Source: Candidatus Bathyarchaeia archaeon
Lineage (GTDB): Archaea > Thermoproteota > Bathyarchaeia > Bathyarchaeales > Bathycorpusculaceae
Reading direction: 5' to 3'
DNA: 64,000 nt
Assembly: GCA_049512075.1 (NCBI GenBank)
Contig: JBEKXL010000011.1
Coordinates: 9,312 to 73,311 of the forward strand
Part shown: piece by piece, positions 48,378 through 58,739 of the stretch
Layout of the letters: each line of letters begins with the position of its first letter
Numbering within the stretch: position 1 is the stretch's first letter
Made by a program: the position numbers and the translations under genes
Notes under the pieces: generated by a model
Databases searched by the model: none
Told to the model about the DNA's origin: nothing
The model's input: only the letters and a program-made list of their open reading frames with translations

Positions 48378-49592
48378 GTGAGGAGTCTGAAGCCCTTCAG
48401 CTTTGTTCACGCTGCGGATTTGCACTTGGGCTACTCACAGTACGGCTTGGAAGTTCGCCGCGAAGACTTTGACAGAGCGTTCCAAGAACTTGTCGACAAA
48501 ACCCTTGAACTGAAACCGGACTTCATGATCATTGCAGGAGATCTGTTCCATCAGGCACGACCGTCCAACATCACGCTGGAAAACAGCATCAGAAGCTTCA
48601 ATCGCCTGCGAGAGGCTGGAATTCCGGTTCTGACGGTCGACGGTTCACACGATTCGGCCCCTAACTCGATAACAGGGACGATCATGAATCCGTTGGACAG
48701 CGCCGGCTTGATTTATTATCTGCCCAGACATGAGGGAGCATGTTGGCGAAAGGCCGATTGTTGTTATGTTTATGGCGTCCCCAATTACAGGAACAGGCAC
48801 AGGACTGAGGAGGCCCTTCCGGTCTTCATGGAAGAGAACAGGCCGAGCCCATATCCGTCATTGTTCAACATCTTCGTTTTCCACATGGCCCTGGATCTTC
48901 CGAACGTCAAGCCTCCTTACATCGAGGCTGAAGCCGCACCTGAACTCATTCCCGAGGGCTTCGACTACTATGCTGCGGGACACGTGCACACACCTTACAT
49001 GGAAAAATTCAAGACTGGTCTTCTGGTTTACAGCGGATGCACTGAGACAACGGACTACGTTGAAGCAAAAAACAAGAAAGGCATCTACCACGTCAAAGTG
49101 AACGAAAAAGGAGCAGTTTCCCCAGAGTTCATAGAGTTTGAATCCTCGCGCGAGTTTGTAATTTTGGAGCAGGACTTCACAGGCATCGTTCCATCAAAAA
49201 TCACGGAGCAGTCTATTCAAATAGTCAAGTCGGCTGACAAGGAGGGCGTGGTCATGATTCCAGTTCTAAAAGGCATACTGCCCGCCGGAGCGACTCGCAC
49301 AGAAGTGGATATCGCACGGATCAGAGCGGCCGGGGAGAAGGCTTTGTTGGTGCATCCTGTCATGTTATTACGTGAAAGTGAAGTTTCAGAAGAGATTGTT
49401 CGTTCAATCTTCGAGAGTGAAATCAAAGATTTGAAAACGAAGGCTTTCGAATATTTTTTGCAGATCTTTTCTGAACGTCACAGCAAGGAAGAGGCTGAAA
49501 AGATAGCCCGCATTGCATCCAGTTTGATAGAACCACTGACTAAGAAGCAGGAAGAAAAAGTGAAACAGGCCATGGAGGAGCTTCTGCAATGA
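48378..49592 (+). CDS. mre11: DNA double-strand break repair nuclease Mre11
   Basis: ADLHLG, AGDLF, DGSHD, AAGHVH, YSG; overlaps the rad50 start. Confidence 0.9.
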   Translation: MRSLKPFSFVHAADLHLGYSQYGLEVRREDFDRAFQELVDKTLELKPDFMIIAGDLFHQARPSNITLENSIRSFNRLREAGIPVLTVDGSHDSAPNSITGTIMNPLDSAGLIYYLPRHEGACWRKADCCYVYGVPNYRNRHRTEEALPVFMEENRPSPYPSLFNIFVFHMALDLPNVKPPYIEAEAAPELIPEGFDYYAAGHVHTPYMEKFKTGLLVYSGCTETTDYVEAKNKKGIYHVKVNEKGAVSPEFIEFESSREFVILEQDFTGIVPSKITEQSIQIVKSADKEGVVMIPVLKGILPAGATRTEVDIARIRAAGEKALLVHPVMLLRESEVSEEIVRSIFESEIKDLKTKAFEYFLQIFSERHSKEEAEKIARIASSLIEPLTKKQEEKVKQAMEELLQ

Positions 49593-51676
49593 GAATTGAG
49601 ATTGTGCAACTTGAAAACATCCGTTCACACGTGAAGTCAACAGTACCCTTTGCACGAGGCTTCAACTGCTTAGTAGGCGGTCTGGGATGTGGCAAATCCA
49701 GCATCCTGTACTCGATTGATTTCGCATTATTCGGAGATCCGATTGGCAGAGGCTTTGACTACTTGTTGCGGGAGGATGCAACCAGTGGAAGTGTCATCGT
49801 TCAGTTCATTCAGGACGGAAAGAGTTACAGGATCATCCGGGGCTTGAAAAGACATGGCAAGGGCATAAGTCAGGACTTTGACGAGCTGAAACTCTTTATG
49901 GGCGAAGACCTGATTTCAAGCACGAAAAATGATGCCGTTGCTGAACAACTCAAGGCAGTAACGGGCTTGGACAAGGACCTGTTCCGTGAGATAGTTTGGG
50001 TCAGGCAGGAACACTTGAAAGAATTCTTGAATTTGCAACCGAGGGAAAGACAAAGGCGGCTAGATGAGTTGTTTGGACTGTCAGATTATGAAATAGCATG
50101 GAGCAATCTTGCAGGTTATGTGCGGGAATATGACGGGGAAAGACAGGCTTATGAAAGGGATCCGGACGTTGCTGGGATGGGAAAACTCGGCGAAGAGTAC
50201 GATAGAACAGCAGGTGAGTTTTCACTCGTTGAGATTGAACTGCAGGATATTTCGAAGAAGTTGGTCTCTGCCAAGAAGATTCTGGAAGAGGCGAACTCTA
50301 GACTTAGAGATCTGGAAGAGGTGAGAGCGCAGAATGAAGAGCTTAGACGGAAAGAGGCGAAAATGCACGCCAACTTGACGAACCTGCAAGAAGCAGCGGC
50401 CTCCTTGGCCGAGGACGTGGAAAGAAAAAGAAATTTCGTTGAAGGCCTCCGGCAAAGATTAAATGGCATGGAAAAGCAGATGGAGTCTTTCAATTCTGAA
50501 ATCAAAGAGCTTGGAATTTCGGATGATCAGCCGATTGATGTGCTGAGAAGGCAGGTTGCAGCATTTGATGATCAAATCTCAAACCTGAAAGGTGAGCAAG
50601 AGGCAACTCTTAGAAACATGCAAGTGGACGAGAAGCGACTTTCCTCGCTTTTTTCGGAGAATCGATGTCCACTCTGCATGCAAACGCTGGGTGAAGACTA
50701 CAAAAAGGGTCTAACGGAACGAATCATGGAGGAGAATGAAGGGCGAAAAAGAAGAGTGAACCAGCTTCATCATTCGATAGAAGAGCTGCAGCAATTGAAG
50801 ACCAAGGCGACCAATGCTTCTTCAAATATGCAAATGCTTGCTCCTAGGATTGAAGAGTTGAGATTGCGACTAAAAGAAGAGGTTGAAGCGTTGGCAGGAA
50901 TCTTGGGTGAACTCGAAGAAAAACGAAGGTTGGAAAACGAACTGCGTGTTCAGGTCGATATTGTTCGTCAGGAGCTTAGCAGATTCGACGTTTCTACCTT
51001 GGAAGCTGCAAAGACGCGAAGGGAACAAGCCTTCAGACAGTATTACCTCTTTGAATCCGAGTTGCGTGCCAAGGAAAACCGCAAGAAGGACTTGACTAAA
51101 CACGTCGATGAAATAAAGGAGCGAATCGACAATGGTCAGCGGAAAATTGAGCGTATGAGAAAGATAGAAAAAGTCGTAGAGGTCATAGAGGGCATACGCA
51201 ATGCTTACCGAAGCATTCAGCCTAAGCTTCGAACCGAATTTGTAAAAGTCTTGAGAAGCTTTGTCCAGCAGGTTCTTGACAGCCTAGCTGGCGGAGAAGG
51301 CCCGTTTTTGAATCTGTCGATTGATGAAACCTACACGCCATACGTGATAAGCGAAGGCAACGTTGAACGAGAAGTTTCGAATCTGTCTGGTGGGGAACGA
51401 ACACTACTCGCCTTCGCATACCGTCTCGGCCTAGGCCAGTTGATCATGCAGTCCCGAACAGGTCACGGGCTGACACTGCTTCTGCTTGACGAGCCAACTG
51501 AAAGTCTTGGAGCGGAAGACGGTTCGGTGTACCGCTTGGCTGAAGCAATTTCGAGGTTCAAAGCGATAGAGCAGACAATCGCAGTCACACATAGCGATGC
51601 GTTTGCAGAAAAGGCTGAACACGTAATCAGGCTCGAAAAAGAGATGGGTCAAAGCAAGATTTCGGTTGAAAAATGA
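49589..51676 (+). CDS. rad50: Rad50 SMC-like ATPase
   Basis: Walker A GLGCGKSS, Q-loop VRQ, zinc hook CPLC, LSGGE, LLDEPT, VTH. Confidence 0.92.
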   Translation: MRIEIVQLENIRSHVKSTVPFARGFNCLVGGLGCGKSSILYSIDFALFGDPIGRGFDYLLREDATSGSVIVQFIQDGKSYRIIRGLKRHGKGISQDFDELKLFMGEDLISSTKNDAVAEQLKAVTGLDKDLFREIVWVRQEHLKEFLNLQPRERQRRLDELFGLSDYEIAWSNLAGYVREYDGERQAYERDPDVAGMGKLGEEYDRTAGEFSLVEIELQDISKKLVSAKKILEEANSRLRDLEEVRAQNEELRRKEAKMHANLTNLQEAAASLAEDVERKRNFVEGLRQRLNGMEKQMESFNSEIKELGISDDQPIDVLRRQVAAFDDQISNLKGEQEATLRNMQVDEKRLSSLFSENRCPLCMQTLGEDYKKGLTERIMEENEGRKRRVNQLHHSIEELQQLKTKATNASSNMQMLAPRIEELRLRLKEEVEALAGILGELEEKRRLENELRVQVDIVRQELSRFDVSTLEAAKTRREQAFRQYYLFESELRAKENRKKDLTKHVDEIKERIDNGQRKIERMRKIEKVVEVIEGIRNAYRSIQPKLRTEFVKVLRSFVQQVLDSLAGGEGPFLNLSIDETYTPYVISEGNVEREVSNLSGGERTLLAFAYRLGLGQLIMQSRTGHGLTLLLLDEPTESLGAEDGSVYRLAEAISRFKAIEQTIAVTHSDAFAEKAEHVIRLEKEMGQSKISVEK

Positions 51677-51728
51677 AAAGGCTGTTTGCATGCGGAGCCG
51701 TACAAGAAAGACTTCTCTGGCAGCGCGC

Positions 51729-51863
51729 GCTTTGCTTGAGCCCATAGGGGCGACGATACTGGACGTGTTTCTGTTCCGAGAAGTGCCTGCACCGATATTT
51801 TTATCGGGGGCAATTACAGTTTCTACGGGCATTCTTTTCATCGGCAGAAACCAGAATCAATAG
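51729..51863 (+). pseudogene. Orphan C-terminal fragment of a DMT/EamA-type transporter
   Basis: ALLEPIGATILDVFLFREVPAPIFLSGAITVSTGILF..., beginning at the GCGCGCGC tract 51723-51730. Confidence 0.65.
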
Positions 51864-51981
51864 ATTTTCGACTTGACTGCAGATAAAGGGCGCAACCTAG
51901 TTTCCACGATGGGTCCATTGAGTTGAGAATGATTTCTGATGGAGAAACGGTTCAATCTTCAATCTTTCAACGACTGCAGGT

Positions 51982-52266
51982 CTACTCTTCTTCTTCAGCT
52001 ATTTTCTTTTCTTTAACAACCAGAGTGTTGTCTTTCCCGCCTATTACCCGGTAGTAGTCTTTTAGCTCGTTTCTGTGCAGGAACTTTCGCAACAGTACTC
52101 GCAGATAGGTCCTTGAGACAGCTTCTTCTCCTTCACCCTTGATTGTGATGTCGTTGGTTCCTGTTTCAGCTTTTGTATTGGTCTTTCCCTCCAGAAACGT
52201 CGTTAGCTCCTTCACAACATCGTTTCCTTCTCTTTTCAGATCCGAAATATCAATTTTCGTTTCCAT
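51982..52266 (-). CDS. rpl22e: Ribosomal protein eL22-like
   Basis: VSRTYLRVLLRKFLHRNELKDYYRVI resembles eukaryotic L22e (SKRYLKYLTKKYLKKxxLRDWLRVV); acidic tail. Confidence 0.75.
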   Translation of the reverse strand: METKIDISDLKREGNDVVKELTTFLEGKTNTKAETGTNDITIKGEGEEAVSRTYLRVLLRKFLHRNELKDYYRVIGGKDNTLVVKEKKIAEEEE

Positions 52267-52272
52267 GTTGCA

Positions 52273-52953
52273 TCACTTCAGCGCGCGCGTTTCTCTAACC
52301 ATTATGACTCTCACCTGATCGCAGGCATCCTCACATGAGTCTGCAACCATTTCCAAAGCCTCAAAGAGTTGGCTTGCCAATATTGCCACTCCAGCCCTCG
52401 GGAGGTCTTCTGTTCCGAGCAAAGCTCTGGCCTTTTCGTGCATGTCATCAACCTTTTCCTCTTCCCGTTCTACCGCGTCAGCGGCTTGAAGGGCTTCTTC
52501 GGGTTTTGTCATCATTTTGTTCACGCATTTCTGGAGAGAGACAGTACATTCCTTTACGCTCTTAACCATTTCTATGAATGCATCTTTGATTGCATCCGGC
52601 ACATGCTCCATTGGTATTGCGCCCAGTACGCGCGTGGACTCTCTGCTCCAGTCTGCGACCATGTCTACTCTTTTCACCAGCTCCATCAAGTCTTCTCTGT
52701 CCGTTGGTGAAAGTTCTCCTGTGGAAATTTCATCCATGACCTTTCTTCGCAGGGAATCCGCTTCTTTTTCGCCGCTTGTCACTCTTCCTATGCAAGTTTG
52801 CATTTCCTTCATATCTCTCTTTACCGCTGCTTTTATCGCGTTTTCAAGGTCTTCCACTATTCCGCTTGTCAAAGCTAGATGCCGCTGAATATTCGCCAAA
52901 GCTTTGGTCTCTTTCCGCTTTTCGAACCATTTTATCAATTCACTCAACGGCAA
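52273..52953 (-). CDS. DUF47/PhoU-like protein
   Basis: EKEADSLRRK...DREDL...DMVAD; EEKVDD...EMVADSCEDACD. Confidence 0.88.
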   Translation of the reverse strand: MPLSELIKWFEKRKETKALANIQRHLALTSGIVEDLENAIKAAVKRDMKEMQTCIGRVTSGEKEADSLRRKVMDEISTGELSPTDREDLMELVKRVDMVADWSRESTRVLGAIPMEHVPDAIKDAFIEMVKSVKECTVSLQKCVNKMMTKPEEALQAADAVEREEEKVDDMHEKARALLGTEDLPRAGVAILASQLFEALEMVADSCEDACDQVRVIMVRETRALK

Positions 52954-54043
52954 TTTCCTCCTTCAACCCTGCCGCAGGATATTCGAACACGTGAGCTTTC
53001 TCCGAAGCAAAGCTCACTGTTACCTTATCCTCGACATGAAGCCATTCTCCTGTCATGGAAGGTTTCACAATAACAATTAGATCCTGGTTTTTAAGCCTAA
53101 TCTCGTAGCGTATGTTTGTTCCCTCAAAGGTTACCCTTTCAACCGTTCCTGCGATTGAGTTTTTGTCCTTTCCTATTCCTTGCTTAACGAGGAAGGTTTC
53201 TGGCCTTATGGCTAGCACTACTCTCTCACCCTTTCTTGCTTTGTCTTTTGTCACTTCAATTTGAATCTCACCGCGAAGCTCTATTGTCATTTTCTTGTCA
53301 TCTTCGTTTGCAACATATCCTTCCAGAAAGTTTGATTCTCCTATAAAGTTGGCCACAAAGACGTTGTCTGGAGCCATGTAAAGCTCGCATGGAGTGCCAA
53401 CTTGTCTGATACTTCCTTTTTTCATGACGGCTATCCTGTCAGATATTGCCATTGCTTCAGCCTGATCATGGGTCACGTGAATGGCCGTCAGTCCCAAATC
53501 CTTGGTCATCCTTCTTATTTCGTACCTCAAATCATTCCGCACTTTTGCGTCCAGCTGTCCAAGAGGCTCGTCCAGAAGCAACAGTTTGGCTCCCGCAGCT
53601 AGAGCTCGCGCTACGGCTATCCTCTGCATCATTCCTCCGCTCAGTTCATTCGGAAAAGCGTCTAAGCGTTCGTTCAGTCTGACCATTTCAAGCACCTCAT
53701 GCCCAATCGTCCCAGCTTTCTTCATGTCGAAGCCCTTCACTTTTGGGCCGTAGGTTACGTTGTTCCAAGCATTCATGTGCGGAAACAATGCGAATGTTTG
53801 AAAGACAAAGCCTATGTCTCTGTCTTCTGGCGGAACGTCGTTGACGAGTCTGTCTCCGATGTATATTTTTCCTTGGTCCGGCTTAATTAGTCCTGCAATA
53901 AGCCGTAAGAGGGTTGTTTTTCCACATCCGCTCGGTCCGAGCAGAGCGAAGTATTCTTTGTCATGAACGTGAAGGCTCACATTGTCCACTGCTACGAGTT
54001 TCCCAAACTTCTTGGTTACGTTTTCTATTCGAACGTCCGGCAT
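52940..54043 (-). CDS. ABC transporter ATP-binding subunit (PotA/FbpC-like, TOBE domain)
   Basis: GPSGCGKTT, LSGG, LLLDEP, VTHDQAEA. Confidence 0.95.
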   Translation of the reverse strand: MPDVRIENVTKKFGKLVAVDNVSLHVHDKEYFALLGPSGCGKTTLLRLIAGLIKPDQGKIYIGDRLVNDVPPEDRDIGFVFQTFALFPHMNAWNNVTYGPKVKGFDMKKAGTIGHEVLEMVRLNERLDAFPNELSGGMMQRIAVARALAAGAKLLLLDEPLGQLDAKVRNDLRYEIRRMTKDLGLTAIHVTHDQAEAMAISDRIAVMKKGSIRQVGTPCELYMAPDNVFVANFIGESNFLEGYVANEDDKKMTIELRGEIQIEVTKDKARKGERVVLAIRPETFLVKQGIGKDKNSIAGTVERVTFEGTNIRYEIRLKNQDLIVIVKPSMTGEWLHVEDKVTVSFASEKAHVFEYPAAGLKEEIAVE

Positions 54044-54118
54044 GGACCAGCTCGCCTCCGAGTTGGATTCACAGTTACTTGAACGAAGTCATAGGCTGAG
54101 GGTTGTTTATTAAACATG

Positions 54119-55801
54119 TCAGTATCTTCCTTTCCCCTTCACAATGAGTCTCGATGCTAGGAGAATGATGAATGAGAGAAGTATCAAGTAACCGCTTCCT
54201 AGTCCTATCTGCAAGGGTGTGGCAGCCTGCTGCAAGAGCGGAGGCCTTATCCAGTTCACGAGCACCACTGGTACAGTTTTGAGCGTCGACGATACCGCCA
54301 ACGTCGCACCAGTTTCGCTTATGCTTCTTGTGAAGACGAGTATAGCGCCTGAAAATATGGAGTACTTAGTCAAGGGCAAAACGATGGTCCTGAAAACTCC
54401 TAACGGTTTGGCTCCGAGTGTCCTTGAGGCTTCTTCCATGTCTATGCTAATTCTTTCCACGGCTGCCGACATGGACCTCACGAAGTATGGATATGTGATT
54501 GCAAGGTGAGCAAAGATTAGCAGCAGAAGATCTGGTATAGAAGTGAAGATTTGTTTCCAAAAAATCCCAAGCGAGAAGCCCAACGCTATCGAGGGGACAA
54601 CAAGAGGAATGTTAACGAGAACGTCCAAAATTCCTGATTGTAACCGACCGAACTTCCTCCTCGCAATCGCGATGGCCATGGGCAATCCAATAATTATGTT
54701 AAGCACCGTGACTGTTGCAGCAAGAGCATAGGAAAGGACTAGCCCATGCCAATAGTCCGCCCAGATGCCTTTGCCTAGCAGGGACTCGCTCAACGTGTTC
54801 GTAAATATTGCTTGGAACGCTGGAAGCGCAACAAAAAGCGATGGTGCTAGGACAATAACCAAAAAGACCGCGAGTGTGACCGTGTTTCTTGAGGATTCCG
54901 CTTTCGAATAGCTCAGTTTCCTTTCGAAAGACGGCCAAATTCGCTTAACAGGCAACTTCAATCTGGGGCCTAGGGTGCGAACTATTATGAAAATTGAAAC
55001 GGAAACTGCGATTAAGATGAAACTTGCGAAAACGGTGGCCCCGTAATACGTGGGATCTGTGGGTCCGTAGGCGTTCTTTATTTTCTGCAGGAAGATTGCA
55101 CCGTTTTCGAAAGCTCCTGCGAAGGCTCCTGCGACGATGAACGTCGCACCTGTTTCTGAGACTGATCTTGAAAAGGCAAGAATGAAAGCGGCTATCAATG
55201 ATGGTTTTATTATTGGAAACGTAACAGTTCTTGACGCAGTAAATGGCGGGGCGCCTAGTGTTCTGGAGGCATTCTCGAACTCTCGTTTGTAGTCGAGCAA
55301 TGCTCCGACCACGACTCTGACGACAACCGGAAAGGAAAAAGCGAAATGAAGGAGTATTACAAGGAGCCACCCCTCTGAAATGAGCGTTCCGGTGAACAGT
55401 GCCGATATTCCTGTAGGTCCGTTCCAGAAGAGCAGAAGTGAGTAGCCAAGCACGGCGGTCGGGACGATAAACGGGATGTCAGACAGCGTGTCAAGGATGC
55501 TCAGCCATCTTGATCTCCTGCGTGCTATGAGCCATGCCATGGGAATTCCAGCGATAAGATCAATGGCTGCCACGAACAGTGCTATCGTGAAACTGTTTGT
55601 AATCGCAGTCAGGGCGCGATTCTTGAGCGATGCATCGTTAAGAACGACCTGGATTGCTTCGCTGTTGATGGCTATTCCGAGTATGGGAGGGAGCAGAATC
55701 AGCGCAAAGAAGATGATTATCGCGATCAGGTACACTGCGTACTTCATGTTTCTTTTCGACGACGCTGCGTCTAGGACCTCGATGATTTTCTTTTTGGGCA
55801 A
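54119..55801 (-). CDS. ABC transporter permease, two fused domains (FbpB/CysTW-like)
   Basis: Two EAA loops (FENASRTLGA, MEEASRTLGA); about 12 TM helices. Confidence 0.92.
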   Translation of the reverse strand: MPKKKIIEVLDAASSKRNMKYAVYLIAIIIFFALILLPPILGIAINSEAIQVVLNDASLKNRALTAITNSFTIALFVAAIDLIAGIPMAWLIARRRSRWLSILDTLSDIPFIVPTAVLGYSLLLFWNGPTGISALFTGTLISEGWLLVILLHFAFSFPVVVRVVVGALLDYKREFENASRTLGAPPFTASRTVTFPIIKPSLIAAFILAFSRSVSETGATFIVAGAFAGAFENGAIFLQKIKNAYGPTDPTYYGATVFASFILIAVSVSIFIIVRTLGPRLKLPVKRIWPSFERKLSYSKAESSRNTVTLAVFLVIVLAPSLFVALPAFQAIFTNTLSESLLGKGIWADYWHGLVLSYALAATVTVLNIIIGLPMAIAIARRKFGRLQSGILDVLVNIPLVVPSIALGFSLGIFWKQIFTSIPDLLLLIFAHLAITYPYFVRSMSAAVERISIDMEEASRTLGAKPLGVFRTIVLPLTKYSIFSGAILVFTRSISETGATLAVSSTLKTVPVVLVNWIRPPLLQQAATPLQIGLGSGYLILLSFIILLASRLIVKGKGRY

Positions 55802-56034
55802 GTTTTCCCTTTTCCCAACTCTAGCTTACGTTGGTACATAGTAGTGTTCCTTTCTCCACTTGTGCTTTCTGTTCATAAGTTTTCTGTACAAGATTGTGTC
55901 AGTTCGCCCGTCGAGTCACATCACCGCTTTTGCTCTGTTGACTCTCGTTCTCATCATCCTGGCTGAACTAAGGGATATGACAAAACTTAAGCCTTTTGTG
56001 CAGCAAATTGTCAAGCTCGGAGTTGAAGGAACGT

Positions 56035-56568
56035 ATGGATGTTGTTGAGGCGATTAAAGGTAGGAGAAGCGTCAGGGCCTTTGAGAGCGGGAAGGATGTG
56101 TCGGAGAAAACTGTTGAAGATCTGATAGATGCGGCTCGGTGGGCTCCTTCAGCTGGAAACATCCAACCGTGGGAGTTCATAATCGTCAGTAGACCAGAAA
56201 TCAAAAAAAGACTTGCTGAAGCCGCATTCAATCAATCATTTATAGAGGAAGCTCCAGTTGTGATTGTTGTCTGTGCCGATGAAAATCGTTCTTCCGAAGG
56301 TTATGGTCAAAGGGGCAGAACACTGTACTGTTTACAGGACACGGCTGCCGCGATACAGAACATTCACTTAACTGCTCACTCACTCGGCTTGGGAACGTGT
56401 TGGGTAGGCGCGTTCAAGGAGGAAGAGGCGAGCGAAATCCTGAAGATTCCGCAGGGAATACGACCCGTGGCGTTGATTCCAGTGGGATATCCCTCGAAGT
56501 TTCCTTCTCCACGAGGCAAGCGAACTGCAGACCAAATGGTCCATTACGAAGTCTTTCATGCAAGGTGA
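56035..56568 (+). CDS. Nitroreductase family protein
   Basis: RRSVR, WAPSAGNIQPWEF, GLGTCWVG, PVGYP. Confidence 0.93.
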   Translation: MDVVEAIKGRRSVRAFESGKDVSEKTVEDLIDAARWAPSAGNIQPWEFIIVSRPEIKKRLAEAAFNQSFIEEAPVVIVVCADENRSSEGYGQRGRTLYCLQDTAAAIQNIHLTAHSLGLGTCWVGAFKEEEASEILKIPQGIRPVALIPVGYPSKFPSPRGKRTADQMVHYEVFHAR

Positions 56569-56673
56569 AACGCAAGTTTCTTGAAGCACCACGTACAACA
56601 CTGAGACTTGCATGGGTTTTGGTGTGAGATTTTAATAGGCCCTCGAATCCATCTAACCTCTGAGGCTTACGAG

Positions 56674-58431
56674 TTGAAGTACAGCGTGATTGCAGATGCT
56701 TATGAAAAGATCGAAGCCACCAGTAAGAGACTTGAAATGACAGACCTGCTAGTTGATCTCCTCAGGAACACGCCGAAAGAACTCATAGGCAAAGTCGCCT
56801 ACTTGACTCAAGGCCGAATACATCCTGATTTCGTAAGCATTGAAATTGGTGTGGCTGAAAAATCGGCGATAAAGGCTCTTGTGAGAGCTTCTGGAAGGAA
56901 AGAAACTGACATTGAAGACGATATCAAACGGACTGGAGATATTGGTGAGACGGCTCAGAAGTTTCTTGGCAGCAAGAGACAGGTGACATTCTTTCAAGAA
57001 CCGTTAACAGTTCAGAAGGTCTATGAGACACTTGACAAAATGGCTGGGACTTCGGGTTCCGGGGCTGTGGATTTGAAGCTTTCACTTTTGGCTGGGCTTT
57101 TGGCCGCGGCCACTCCGAAAGAAGCAAAGTACGTTATGAGAACTGCTACGGGCAACCTGCGTTTGGGTATAGCTGACATGACGGTTCTGGACGCGTTGGC
57201 TATAGCTTACGGGGGAGGGAAGGACACGCGTGAACTTGTCGAGCGGGCTTACAACATCTGTTCGGACCTTGGACGAGTGGCTGAAACCATTGCTCGACAG
57301 GGAATTGAGGGGATCAAGGGGTTCCGTGTGTCAATTGGTGAGCCTATTCGGCCGATGTTGGCAGAAAGGCTTTCCTCTCCTGAAGAGATTCTCGAAAAAT
57401 TGGGTGGAAAGTGCATAGCCGAATACAAGTATGACGGTGAACGTCTTCAGGCGCATAAAAAGGGCGAGAGAGTGACGCTCTATTCTAGGCGTTTGGAGAA
57501 CATTTCAAGTCAATACCCCGATGCTGTTGAACTCTTCAAGAAGCAGGTTAAGGCAAGAGAGGCCATTCTTGAGTGTGAGTGCGTGGCTGTTGACCCTGAC
57601 ACGGGTGAGATGCGTCCATTTCAAGAGCTTATGCATCGCAGGCGCAAATACGGAATTGAGAAAGCTATAGAAGATTATCCTGTTTCGCTCTTTTTCTTCG
57701 AGTTACTCTACGTTGATGGAAAGGATTTGACGTTCGAGGCTTACCCAGCTCGAAGGAAAGTGCTTGAGAAGGTGATTGAAAAGAGTGATCGGACCAGAAT
57801 AACCAACTACGTAATTGCGAAGGATGCGGGTGAGCTTGAAAAGTTCTTCCAGGAAGCCATAGAGAATGGCTGTGAAGGTCTGGTCTGTAAGGCAGTTGGC
57901 AAGGATTCGGTGTATCAGGCCGGGGCACGGGGTTGGCTTTGGATAAAGTACAAGCGGGACTACAAGAGTGAAATGACCGATACGGTTGATCTGATTGTGG
58001 TTGGAGCTTTTCATGGGAGAGGGAAACGGGCTGGCGCCTACGGTGCTCTCCTGCTAGCGGCCTATAATTCTCAGAACGACACTTTCGAAACAGTTACCAA
58101 GTGTGGAACAGGGTTTACTGATGAGGATCTCGCGAAGCTTCCAAAAATGCTTGAAAAACATGTTGTCCAGCGGAAGCATCCGAGAGTCAATTCGATGCTT
58201 GAGGCTGATGTCTGGTTTGAACCTCGAGTGGTTATTGAGATATTGGGGGCAGAGATAACCTTGAGCCCCATCCACACGTGCGCTATGGATTCTATTCGAA
58301 AAGGAAGCGGACTTGCCATTCGATTTCCACGTTTCACTGGAAACTACAGAGTTGATAAGGCAGCTGAGGATGCAACAACTGCAAATGAGGTTGTGGAAAT
58401 GTACCACAAGCAGTTGAAGAAGATCAGCTAA
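56674..58431 (+). CDS. lig: ATP-dependent DNA ligase
   Basis: PMLAE, EYKYDGER, EGLVCK, WIKYKRDY, RFPRF; probable TTG start at 56674. Confidence 0.97.
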   Translation: MKYSVIADAYEKIEATSKRLEMTDLLVDLLRNTPKELIGKVAYLTQGRIHPDFVSIEIGVAEKSAIKALVRASGRKETDIEDDIKRTGDIGETAQKFLGSKRQVTFFQEPLTVQKVYETLDKMAGTSGSGAVDLKLSLLAGLLAAATPKEAKYVMRTATGNLRLGIADMTVLDALAIAYGGGKDTRELVERAYNICSDLGRVAETIARQGIEGIKGFRVSIGEPIRPMLAERLSSPEEILEKLGGKCIAEYKYDGERLQAHKKGERVTLYSRRLENISSQYPDAVELFKKQVKAREAILECECVAVDPDTGEMRPFQELMHRRRKYGIEKAIEDYPVSLFFFELLYVDGKDLTFEAYPARRKVLEKVIEKSDRTRITNYVIAKDAGELEKFFQEAIENGCEGLVCKAVGKDSVYQAGARGWLWIKYKRDYKSEMTDTVDLIVVGAFHGRGKRAGAYGALLLAAYNSQNDTFETVTKCGTGFTDEDLAKLPKMLEKHVVQRKHPRVNSMLEADVWFEPRVVIEILGAEITLSPIHTCAMDSIRKGSGLAIRFPRFTGNYRVDKAAEDATTANEVVEMYHKQLKKIS

Positions 58432-58739
58432 AGATCGGTTCCAGCTAGGGAGCGAGTTCGTTTGATTCGGGATGGTGCAGATTCATTTGATGGTTGATTT
58501 GAAAATGGGGTCCTTGTGTTTGATTGCTCAATTCGTGATTTTTCTGAGGCTCAAACGGTGATAGATGTTATCATACAATAGCGCAAGTGCGAATTTTTGT
58601 GCCTGTACTTGGTGGCTTTTGAGAAAATCGGTGAAAATAAGGTTTCAGGAGGTTGTGGGCGCGGGGGCAGATTTTGTTCATGATAGATTGGTTAGGGAAG
58701 GAGGAGAAAAGGGAGAGAGAAGTTATGCGCCGTGCGCTA

